From positions 40,359 to 104,358 of the forward strand of contig FLMG01002125.1 of the NCBI GenBank assembly GCA_900088475.1: a stretch of 64,000 nucleotides of DNA, read 5' to 3'. Under the pieces are notes generated by a model, which saw only the letters and a program-made list of their open reading frames with translations, made no database searches and was not told the DNA's origin. This document shows positions 45,881-57,333 of the stretch, piece after piece (within the stretch, counting starts at the first letter, position 1; each line of letters begins with the position of its first letter). Origin of the DNA: Hyphochytrium catenoides (Eukaryota > Protista > Hyphochytriomycota). The position numbers and the translations under genes are program-made.

Positions 45881-48800
45881 TTAGGCTTTTAGCCCAACGG
45901 CAGATGTCTTGCCATGACGGTAGCCGCAATCTCCTCTTGGACCTGGATCTCCTTGGCCATCGCTTGACCCATAGCCCTCATCGCACCTGCAAAGACCTCT
46001 TTCCTTGTCACATGCTCCTCGACCAGAGCACTCTTCCTTCCCCAATCCCTTAACCGATACGACGCCGTGTAAGCTATCTCCGTCAGTAGCAACTTTGATA
46101 AGACTTGCTCCCTCCACATAACCGGGCGGAGGTTGAAGAGAAGAAGCGTCAATCGTAAGTGAGGGTGCATCTCCCTCATCAGGACTGAATTGCACGGTGA
46201 CTATGGTTCCTGGGCCACAAACTACCGAGGAGGAGGGAGAGACCGAAACTGTCACAGGGGTTGAAAGCTCATTTAGAACCTCCTGCAACGCTTCTGCGTT
46301 GGTATCAAAGGGAAGAGACCTCGTAGTCTTTCCTCGGTATGAAATGGTGAACGATCCCCCAGACGCGGCACAATGGAAGACTTGTATTTCTCCTACTTTT
46401 GACCGAGAGGGGTCATGCCCTCTGGGACATTCTCTTACGGAACAATCGTAACCCGAGTAGCCCCTATCGCATTGGCATACAGAGATCCGAGGACCGAATC
46501 TTTTCCTTTGCCAGCTTTCAAGCGGCGATTGTTCAATTTCCCATAAGGTGCCGGCATCAACTCCATGGACAAGCTGATCTAGCGTCACACAGTTGCCATG
46601 GCCACTGCATTGTTGCTTGCCATCTTGAGGACAGATGGTCACTACAATAAGGCACAGCGAATAGTCATCGTCAGCTTCTGGCAGGTAGTTATAGGTGAAA
46701 AAATGCAGTTGAAAGGAGATTATCGGCAATATAGAAGCAGCCAATCCTTATCCTCCTTTCCTAGCAAGGAGTACACCATAGGCCGCTTGAAGCGGCAACT
46801 ATCTGACAATGTCATCAGACCACGCTCTTACATTGTTCACACGCTGCGCCGGTGAAGCCCGGCTGACAAGAGCAGACACCATATACTCTGTCGCACAGCC
46901 CTCTATTGGAGCACTCAGTTAACCGTGGCTGTCCGCCAGACCTGAGGACTGTAATGGGCAATATGTTCCAGTACGGGGATTCAGGCGAGTCTTGCTCGCC
47001 CGCCGGAAACCATGGCCAACCGGTCGGGCACATCCCTAAGCGTGGGAGCACAGCAAATTAAAACATAGAACTAACTGTCCGGGCTGCAACCTCCTTGACC
47101 AATCTCTCAGAAAGGGACTTTTCATACAAGCGTATACATGGATGGTACACATAATGTTTTGGTATGCAGGGAGTGACGAACACTGAGAAGGTGGAACATC
47201 GGAAGTCAGCAAGGACCGATGTTGGAAAAACTAGAGTTTCAGGGAGCTGGGTGGCGGTTTACGAAAGGGATTAGTGCGTATCCCAGAATCTACAAAAGAG
47301 ATGATCAGATGGATATGGGTCGCAACCTTCGACTTACGTTCCGAGCAATCGGCTCCAGTCCATCCTTCCATGCACCGACAGCCGTAAGTCGGATCATTCA
47401 AACAGTAACCGTGACCGCTACAGACTATTTCACCTGGGCATGTTGAGACATATTCTTTCCCAGCCTTCTTAATGGCTGCGCCACAGTCTTTTCTGCTTCC
47501 CTCTGCACCTCTTCCGTTGCTTGATACAAAGATGAAGTCGGGCGAAGCAAAGCACTCACATCTTCCCGTTTTTCTGTCGCATATACCCCTCCCAGAGCAT
47601 ATTGAGGCGACCTTGTCTCCAAGAGAAGAGAGCCCTCCTCCGGGACCGATGTCTCCGCCATAGACCATCTGAACTGGCTGCTCAATTGGACTTTGAAGGT
47701 TTATATCTTGAGCCAAGATTGGATCTTGCCTGTATTTATAAAAAGGGCAGTGACGAGTTAGTCCACAGTGGGCGAGAACCACTCTAGCAGTGACGAGAAT
47801 GGCTGGAGCAACAGACTAAAGGCGATGGGAAGAGAGTTAAGGAGAAGGGACCGTAAGCTATGAAAATGTCAAGATATCTTTTGTAGGAGGTTAGCCAACC
47901 TGCCATATGCTGACAAAAATTCGATTTGGACAGGGTTGAGGTGAGGGGCCAGACTGCAGATGGACTTGTCTGGAAGATGGCTCCGTACTCTAATGTCTTC
48001 CCCAGCTATTTTCTTTGCGGACAGAAGAAAATTCAGTCAGAAATAATGGATGTCAACAAACTGATGATAGAGGCAGGCCGTTCGGCTTATAAACGAAGGA
48101 GGGGTATGCGAAGAGCAAGGGGAGACGTGTGTCTACAGAAGGTAAACGACAAAGGAGAACCCATGAGCTATTTATAAAGAGATAAAATGAAGGAACCTTT
48201 AGCTTACGCTCCAATTGCGTGGGAGAATACGAAGACTCGACAATAATCTCCTTCTCTTTCCACCGCAGCTTGAACGTTCCGCCGGTCGCCTGGCACGTCA
48301 TAGCCTGTAGCTCATTAGCAACTCCAGAGCTGAAAGGGTCTAAACCCACTGGACATATCCCTACACAGAACCTTGGAATAAGAAGAGCCCAGCACTTATG
48401 GAACTCTATGGCCATGTTCTGGACCAAGAGGGAGGACTCTGACGTCGTTCGCAGGCAAAGAGCCTGTATACCTTAGGGCGGGCCAAGAGAGTTGATGGCA
48501 CGTACCTAAAGAGCAATCTGCCCCAGTAAACCCTTCATGGCAGACACAGCCATATATGACTTCGTGATCCCACTGGTATTGCGCCTCGTCCGTAAAACCA
48601 TACTTCTGAACATACTTGCCCAGATTGACGCAGTCTCCATGCATGCTGCAGTTTTCAGGACAACGCACTGCCAGGTAGAGGAACATGTGAGGCTATGAAC
48701 CAGCAGGACTCGCGATGAGAGCAAGAGGATGAAGTCATGGAAAGATTATCGAAAAGTATGGTCCTGGGGATTCATGAGGATAGAGGAGAGACAAAGACAG

Positions 48801-49466
48801 AGATAGGTTGTTGGTCGTGACAAACAGATGAGAAGGAAGTGGGTGCATAATCTTGCGGGATGGTGGTAAACGTGTTCGAAAGACTCTCCACCTCTCTGAC
48901 AAGAGCTGCCAGTGAAGGAAGGATGACATGTGCAGCTCCCGGTTTGGTAGTTACAGATGCCTCTTCCTGAACACTCTTCCTCTACCACTATGCCTAAGGT
49001 CAATTGCTGTGGACCTTTTGGGCACAACTCTGGGGATTAACAACGGACAGTTGATGAGGAATGACAGGGGCTTTGGCGAGGCTCGGCAAAACTGGACAAG
49101 GACGTGAGTAAGGTAGAAGTTCCTCCTGGAGGAAAACAAAGGAAATGACCAGTGGAAAGGCAGAAGACTACTGAAGCGGTAGGAGGGTTAGGGCATCATT
49201 GTCAACATGCATTGGATGAAGAAATGGACGTGATTGCGTCAATACCTACTTCGCGAGCAGTCGTGTCCCCCGTAGCCAGTATGGCATGTACAGCGGTTGT
49301 ACATTTCACACTTGCCGCGTCCATTGCAGATTGGACCTCGGCCGCTGTCACCTCTGGGACACGCTAGGACACCCGGACTCTGTCCCATTAGGAGCAGTGA
49401 GAGGGCAGCCGTCCCTGCTCCGAAAAGCAGTAGGAAGGATGGGGAAAGCTGTTGACAAGGCACCAT
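45881..49466 (-). CDS. Secreted EGF/tenascin-like repeat protein, Sig1/tubular-mastigoneme-like architecture (spliced)
   Basis: Signal-like N-terminus; repeated ECSGRGICNYQTGSCTC, CPENCSMHGDC...QWD...GCVC...GADCSL | GICPVGLDP...ELQAMTCQATGGTFKL. The module occurs twice (second: GYDCSVRECPRGHDP...FHCAASGGSFTI). No TM segment seen. Confidence 0.8.
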
Positions 49467-50054
49467 CCCGCTAACTCCTGATCTTCTTCGTTCAGCTTGA
49501 CATACTCAATCTATAGAGTCGACATAGTGCGCTTGCAGAGCTCAGTTCAATTCCTCCGAGTAGCAAGCAGCCAACAGAGACCCTTGGTTCTCCGCATCTT
49601 CTCTAAACAGCATTGGCAATGATAGGGACAACACGGCTTTAAATCTACCATTTGTCAGATCGAGCTTGGATGAAGAGACAAGCCTGAAGCCTGAAGGCCC
49701 AGCAGTCAACAATTCTTCCGAGACGAGGTGCCGTACCAATAACTCTAATAAATAAAAGCGCCGCTAGTGCAAGGATCCTCAACACTCTGCGCCTCTAGTA
49801 TTTAGTACGAGTAGTAGTTACAATTAGAACTACTGTTGTGGCGAGTTTGTTATTTTCTGTCGGCGTGGGGTGTGCAGAAGCAAAACGGAAGTAAAGAAGG
49901 TTAAAGGTCGTTACACATTCTAAAGGTACTTGTAGTTAACCAAAAATACGCCCACAACCAGGTCCACAACCCAACACCCCCAACAAATACACTGCCCCAA
50001 AGCTTTCATCTATTTTCGAGTTATAGTTTCGGTTTTCGGAAGCGTTTGTGCAAA

Positions 50055-50068
50055 TTTTGGCGCGAAAA
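50055..50068. promoter_or_regulatory. Candidate E2F/DP binding site (TTTTGGCGCGAAAA)
   Basis: Reverse complement contains TTTCGCGCCAAA, the overlapping double E2F site known from DHFR-type promoters; ~360 bp upstream of the HOP2 ATG. Confidence 0.45.
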
Positions 50069-50428
50069 TGGGAGGAAGAACGAAATTTCGTTTTTCACTC
50101 TCTTCTTGGAGTCCATTCTCGCCTGCCAAATTGCGATTGAGCCGGAAGGAGGTGTTCCCGGTATGCACGCCGCTGGTTTTGTGGGTCCGGAGAGGCAGAA
50201 CTCGATAGAGACTAAGAGCGTCATTGAAGAGATTCTCCAAACAGAGATTTGCAATAGATTGTCTTCACGATAGCGCGCAGGCTTACTTAGAGGGCTACCA
50301 TATGCGTTCATTCTGACTTCCTTTCATCCCTGGCCTATATTCTCATCAAGCACTAGAGAGGAAACCACGCAGACAGAATTTTCCTTCGAAGAGCCAAGAG
50401 AGCGAGTGAGAGCGTGTTAAGGTCAAGC

Positions 50429-52472
50429 ATGGGCCCTGCTCGAAAAGCGAAGGTGAAATCTTACAAAGAAGAAAGTGATGAGGACTTCGAAGAGGTGTCG
50501 CCGACGCAATATAACAACGGTAGGTGAGATGACTTCCCTGAAGTTCTCGCCATGGAGTGTCCTAACGCTTTAGTCCGCAGATGGCAACAATGGTAAGAAT
50601 GCAAACGGAAGCGACTTTAGCCTAGAGGAGGACGATGAGGACGCAGATTATGATCTCAAAGATGAAGAGGAGAGCGATGATCCCGTAGAGGAAGATGAGG
50701 ATGTATGTTGACACATCTCGTTAAGTGCCCTCGAGTATTTGCTAAACTAAGCTCCATAGTTTGATGATGAAGAAGTTATTCAGAAAAAGAAGACTCCTGC
50801 GAAGTCCAAGCAGCAGAAAGCTGTACCAAGCTCGGCGACAAAGAAGGACAAAAAGGCTGCCCCCAAGACAGTCAAGGAGAAGGCTGCGGCCGTGAAAGCG
50901 ATGCCTAAGAAGAGCAGCAACACCAAGCAGACGCCAACCAAACAATCGAAAGCGGCTGCGAGCAAAGGAAGTGCGGGCCCTCCGACTCCTACTCTGAAGG
51001 GAACACGTATGTGCCTTTCTGGTGTCTGCTCCCAATTTAGCCGATCTGACTCTTCCATTCGTACGTCTAGCGCAAGAGATCGTCCTCGACTATCTGCGAA
51101 AGGTATATTGTGGAGCGTCTCGTCATTCATGTGTTCAGACCTCCTGCTGGCTAGAGATCTGCATTTAGCGCCTCGCCTAGTCCTAGCAACCAGTTTGGGA
51201 CCTAAATCTATCTGTTCTCACCCAAATCAATCCCCAGACCAACCGGCCATATAGCATGCTCAACATCTTTGATAATCTTCATAAAGCGGTGGCAAAACCT
51301 GCTATTCAGAAGGCTCTCGACTCACTTGTAGAGAGGTAAGTAAAGTGAGCCTCAACTATGGCTAACTATATCCTAAATATGGAAATCTTCGACAATCGTC
51401 TTAATAGCAACCAGCTCAAGGAAAAAGTTTATGGAAAGGCCAAGATATATTACTACAACCAGGTGCGATTCTTCATATCGTCGTCTGCCCTTCCTGGCTG
51501 GCCAACTGGGCATCTTACCCCTTGTAAAGGACCATTACCCTGATCTAGCACCAGAAGAACAGGCATCCCTGGATGGAAAGCTGGAGGTATGAAGTAATAT
51601 ACACCGTAAACTTAGAGGGACATGAGATAATGCTGGATGCTGATATATCGCAGCAAGCTGCAAGAGACTTGGAGACGGTGTCTGCAAAAGCCAAGGCTTT
51701 AGAAAATGGTAAGACTTGATAGAAGGAATTTACGGGGAGTTTCAAGACTGAATCTCACCTCGTTTGTGACGCCGTAATGCTGTATCCTGGTGGCCGTTCG
51801 CCCACTCTCCTTGACATCATGCTCTCTCTCTCCTATCAATGCGCAGAGCGGTCAGGATTGCTGGCACAACCTACAGACGAAGACCTAGTGCGAAAACTTG
51901 ATGAGCTGGAATCCTTGGTAAGCATTACAAAAAGTTCGAAGAGTGGTAGAAACTGCTACGCAAAGGGCTGAGAAGTAAGAAAAGGGTTGACTAATGATTC
52001 ATGTGACCGCCATCGCAAACTGCAGGTAAAGGAGAGAAGAAACAAGGTGGACATTCTGTCGAAAGGCGTCCAAGTGTCGCCAGGCAAAAGAAAGGCGACG
52101 GTCAAGCAGTACGACAAATACAGAGTCAGTTGCCTTCTGCACAATCTGCTTCGTTTCTTATCACTTGTAACGTTCATTTCAACTAGACTCAATGGGTTGC
52201 CCGGAAAAGAATTGCGATGGATTTCGTAGAGATGTGTGCCGACAGAGCTGAGAAAAAGCCTAAGCAGATCCTAGTAAGTACTATTCCGCGATTCATCAAG
52301 CCCGTGCTGCCCAACCTCTTGTTGAAGACCCTTATCTATCCGGCCCCTGGTTCTTCTAGGAGCACCTGATGCTCTCTGTGGTACTAATGTAAAGCTATCA
52401 TTTCAGGAAGAAGTAGGCGCAGAAGCAGATGAGGATATAGGAGTCACTATTCCGCCCAAACTTTCTATGTAG
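50429..52472 (+). CDS. HOP2: Meiotic recombination factor Hop2 (PSMC3IP/TBPIP), spliced, with N-terminal acidic/Lys-rich extension
   Basis: AQEIVLDYLRK | TNRPYSMLNIFDNLHKAVAKPAIQKALDSLVE | QLKEKVYGKAKIYYYNQ winged helix; coiled coil; QWVARKRIAMDFVE...ILEEVGAEADED C-terminus. Confidence 0.88.
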
Positions 52473-52741
52473 TTTAACAAGTCCTCCCGAGAGGTTCAGT
52501 CAGAAGACGACAGATGGTTACTTCTAATAGAAACAGTACGTTTGTGCCTCAAGAATGGGCATCCAAGAAGATCTACTAGCCGTAAAAAGAAGCCCACGCA
52601 GTCTCAAGAGGCAAACATGGCAAGGACAGAAGAGGAGGGAGAGGGGGAAAGGAGAGAGATGCGGAAAAGAAAGAGAGAAAGGGAATGGGAGATAGACAGA
52701 GCGAAGAAGACTCTAGATAAACTGGTGAAAGAGCGAGGTTC

Positions 52742-52799
52742 NNNNNNNNNNNNNNNNNNNNNNNNNNNNNNNNNNNNNNNNNNNNNNNNNNNNNNNNNN
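52742..52799. other. Assembly gap (N run) covering the AP-3 mu stop codon
   Basis: Run of n. Confidence 1.
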
Positions 52800-55700
52800 T
52801 GAAAGCGTCCTGACTTTGTCATAGTTCTCACCCCTTTGTACGGCTTGTACCGCTCGTTGGAGACAATCAGAGTTTCTACTGCCAATCCTGAGACGGAACT
52901 CATTGGAACCTTGAAGTCGAGCAAGATGTTTGGCCTTTCCTCTGCCGCATACGTTGCACAGCAAGAGATTTTAAGATTTCCGAACCAACAAAGGCACAAG
53001 ACGGTAAGTAAGAAGACCTCAATACGAGAGATTGCGAGAGCAGCGGGGAGAAAATCATTGCGGAAAGATCAATGAGAGGACACCTTCACCTTACAAACGG
53101 CTGTGAGGTCCATTGAACAAAGGTACTAGAAAGAAGAACGAAGGCGACAGAAAAGAAAAGACCTGGTTGAAGACGAGGCTGGCGCTACTTACCCGGAGGC
53201 TTGGATGTATTGTTTAAAGTTATAGTGCCAGAGAGCACAGGCTGCTTCGTGGGTTGAAGTTTACCTATTGTCCACTTTGCCACCTATGGAAAGCGGAGCG
53301 GAGGGAGGGCCGTGGAAGAGACGTAGCAACATGGTGAAGAGGCAATAGGCGCAATGAGACGTTATTGATCATGACACCATAGAGGAAGGCCAAAGTGGTA
53401 AGAGGTAGTTCGCCAAAAGTGAGAGCAGAGCGAAGAGGTGAATGACTACGGCAGTGGCAGGACAGAAATATCTTAACAACCTCTCTGAAGCAATTCATAC
53501 AAGATGAGAAGACATACAGACGATTGTTTGCTGACCTTTGTCTTCTCGTCAAATAGCGCGGTCCCTACAGTGGGTGAGAACTGGACGGTCCGCACGGCCT
53601 TAGGAAATGGAATGGTGACAACGATGTCTTCGACTACGGCCACACAGCGCATCAAGAAGTGGTTGCTATTAGTGGTCAGCCAACGCAGATCTCTAGACCT
53701 AGGAGCCGTAGCATGATAATGCAACACTTGAAGGGACACTCTACACCCTGAATGAGTTTGGCTTCACCACGTAACACTAGACTCGGAAGTCGTAAAGGCA
53801 TAAAGGCTAACGAAGTCCATGCAAGTCCAACAGAGAGGGTCTATATGAGCAACGGAGTAAGGCCGAAAGAAGCAGTCGAAGGGCAGGCGCGTGGTGCAAG
53901 TGAAACTCAATATGGACAGTGAAGATTCAGAGTTAAGCCTTACTACTGAGTCCTCTCCGCGACGTCGTGCTCAGCGTTGGCATTTGCTTTGGGCCGACTA
54001 ATATCTCTAAAGATCCTCCGCCATTGCTGTCATACTTTATAGAAGGCTGACAGTAGATCGGAGGCACAAGTTTCTGAACCTGAACTCTATAATCCATTAA
54101 CTGCAATGGAACAGAGTAGAGATAAGGCGTCAGATATTGAGGGACAACTCTGGCACAGGGTAGAAGCAAATAGAGGTCGGCCATGTCCTGGCCGCTGACA
54201 GAGACGTGCAACGAAGGACATACAAGACGTGCCCACAAGAAGGGCAAAGCGGCGAAGAAGAGGCTGGCCAGCCAAGCAGCTTGCGGGTATAAAAGTTCAC
54301 CGCTTCGTATTGTCTTGCTCCATCGGAAGAACCACTTGTACCTTGAAGTCGCCATCAGGTGGGACGAAGGAAACAACTCTATCTCTTTCATAGCGATTGT
54401 AGCGGACGCACGGATGAAAGGAGCAATCGTCGAGGACGGAGGGGTCAGTAAAGACCATAGTCAAGTCGGGTACTCCTGAGAGCTTGCAGTTGCACATCAC
54501 TGCGCCACCCACTTCACAGGAGACCATTCGGCCATAGCTATCCACTATCGCGTCAATCTCTTCAACGATATCGAAGTAGATTTCATTCTGGACAGCGCAC
54601 AGACAGCAGGAAAAGTATTGAGTTAGAACAGGTAGTGTAAACCAACCAAGGCATTACCAGGTTTGCAGCTAGCAATAGATGTATATTTCTCAGAATTAGA
54701 CGAAGCGGAAGGCAAGCACAGGGGATGAAAACAAGGACCGTGCAGAGCGGGTACCTGACTGTACTTAGCATTGGCCTTCCGCCATGGCATACTTGATATT
54801 GTACCATCTGGTAAGACCTCACTGATGCCAGATTTGCCCTAGAGCAGTCATATTCTAGGCTTAGAGGGTGCGAATGACGCTGATAGACTAGCTCATCACT
54901 CAGGCAGGTAAGGCGAACAACGTAAGCGTATAGTGCCCACGGCGCAAACTTCTACGCAGTTTTTTTGTTTTTGCTATTGATGCACTATGGTCAGAAGTTG
55001 TGCGGCAAGAGGAACCGCCAGACCTGAAGAAGCAGAGGAATCAAAGAAAGACAAGACCCAGGGCGCCATGACGATACGTTATAGGTTAGAGTGGCAAACA
55101 GAAGCTTAACAAGAGGCAGGAAAGTCCGAATAACGTCCATACCGACACCATCGCCGCGAGCCTAGATGTTGTGGTAGGCGGCGCAATCATCGCCATCAAT
55201 GCGTTGGGCTCAGTGGTAAACGGATAACCGTGGTCCACTAGTTCTTCTAACAGCTGATATACTGTGGAGAAATTGTCCTTGATGGAACTTTCGGACACGG
55301 AGCCGAAGTAGGTACGAAAGACGTCTACAATGCGGTGGAGAAGCTCGATGACGAGGAGAGGAGGCACCTTACAGAGAAGAGAGTGGAAACACTTTTAGGG
55401 TCTATGCTGGGCACCCGACGAAAGCAGGGTGAGGACATAGAGGGTTCTAACAGAGAAGGTGTGCAACACCTTAGTCCGGAAGAGAGAAACAATAAGAAGG
55501 AGCGAAAGACGACCCAACGTAAGAAAATTAGAGTTAACGGGAGGCCCACGCTGAGCACCTTGCAAAGACGTAAAAGTCAAGGCCAGAGAGGAATGCAGAA
55601 AGAGAATGAAACAACGTAAACGGCATGCTCTGACCTCTGCCATGACTATAGCGAGAAAGAAGAGCCCATCCTTGTAGACGTTGATCATATAATACTTTGA

Positions 55701-56347
55701 GGTCGATAGCACCGGAGGGACATCCTGTACAGAGGCCAAGGAAACATCGGTAGCGCGAGAGATCAGCCAAGTGCTCTGACAATGTGGAGATAAAGGGAGA
55801 CAGAGAATGTCTAGCTCCAGAAGAAACATAACAAGACAAGAACAAAGACACAGGGTATATCTCTTAAGGGCCAGCATGGTGGAGTCTATAGCAAGAGCTG
55901 AGGAGTGACGCTCAACTGATGACGCCTTCTCCGCTCTTCTTCTTTGGCCTCTATCTTTTACTATCGCTCTCCTTCGTTTCGCCGCTCTCAGCCACGCTTC
56001 GTCTCGCATCTAAATTCTTGGTCCTTCTCCTTCCCTATGAGAAGTTTGGGCGTACCTCTCTGTTGTCATACTTGTTCACCTCTTCCCAGAAGAAGTCGCA
56101 GACCACCCGCTGTGTGATGCCTCTCCAGTGCTTCTCTATGATGACCTCGCTGAGACAAGGGGACAATTAGCAATGGAGAAGCAGAACTCGGAAGGAGAAC
56201 AAACCTCAGCACCCAGACAGGAGCGAGGCAAAGACCAGATAGAGTGGAAGAGAAGACCCAGCGATAGCGAAAGAATGAGAAAGACTCGAATGTGCCTTGC
56301 TGGTAGGCTTACCCTGTGCTAGTGATGATGAAGAGAGACTGGATCAT
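52800..56347 (-). CDS. AP3M: AP-3 adaptor complex mu subunit (spliced; 3' end runs into the gap)
   Basis: MIQSLFIITST | GEVIIEKHWRG; VPPLLVIELLHRIVDVF...KDNFSTVYQLLEELVDHGYPFTTEPNAL; SSMPWRKANAKYSQ | NEIYFDIVEEID; LDDCSFHPCVRY...SFVPPDGDF; KPYKGVRTMTKSGRF. Confidence 0.93.
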
Positions 56348-56388
56348 GATTTGCCGTCCAGTGAGACTAACCAGAGCGAAAACACTCT

Positions 56389-56770
56389 TTGATTTCTCTC
56401 TCTCTCTCTCTGTCTCTCTCTCACTTTCTCTCTGTCTTTCCTCCCAGTGACTAGTCGACTCCCACACTGTCGTTGAAGGGAGGGAGAGAGAGACGGTGTG
56501 ACTGACAGGAGACGTCGAGTTCTTCTATGACGGGTGATATCGAGGGAGAAGCTCCTTGTGACCGAGGAGCGCCTTCATGAGGGAGAATCAGACATCATCA
56601 AGACAGCAACTCAGCAGAGATCAGAGAGGGAAAGTTACACAGACGGAGGAGAGCGAGCACGAGAGAGAGACAGATAGAAGACATAGAGAGAGAGAGAGAA
56701 GACATAGAGAGAGAGAGAGAGAGAGAGANNNNNNNNNNNNNNNNNNNNNNNNNNNNNNNNNAGAGAAAGA
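56389..56770. repeat. (TC)n/(GA)n microsatellites, with an N gap at 56729-56761
   Basis: TC run at ~56393-56440 just upstream of the AP3M ATG; GA runs at 56660-56770. Confidence 0.9.
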
Positions 56771-57333
56771 GGGTAAGTCTTGGATTCTGAAGTGTTTGGC
56801 ACGTCGTCGCCAACGAACTACACTTGGCTCTGTCTAACATCGGTGAGTTACAACTACATCATGGCCTCTATTAAGCCGTCAGACCTCCTTCACGATGCTG
56901 TTAGCCTGCTACTGAAGCAGAAGAATGATGGGCCGCTTGTCTTCTTGATAGATAACAGAGTCTGGCCCTCTCGGCCGTCGATAGGAAGAGAAGAGAGAGC
57001 CGACGAATGTCTTTCAATGAACCTTTACACTGAGCTAGTCCATTGATTTATTAGCTTAAGGGAAGAGCTATGTACAGGGTGGGATCAGTGTCACGTCTCG
57101 CGTCGCTCCAGAGGAAAAGAGAGTAGCATGATGAGAGACTGGCTTTAAGAAAAAAAAAGAGAGAGAGAGAGATGTGTCCAGCCTTTCCCTGTCCACTTTA
57201 TAATAGCATATCAGTAAGGGCAGAGAGAAGGCATTGAGAAGAATACGAGGCAGAGAGAGAGACCTATCCAAGGCAAGAGCTGCCCTAGCAGAAAGCTCCC
57301 TCTCCTGGCGCCTGCAGCTTTCTGTGGCGGTCC

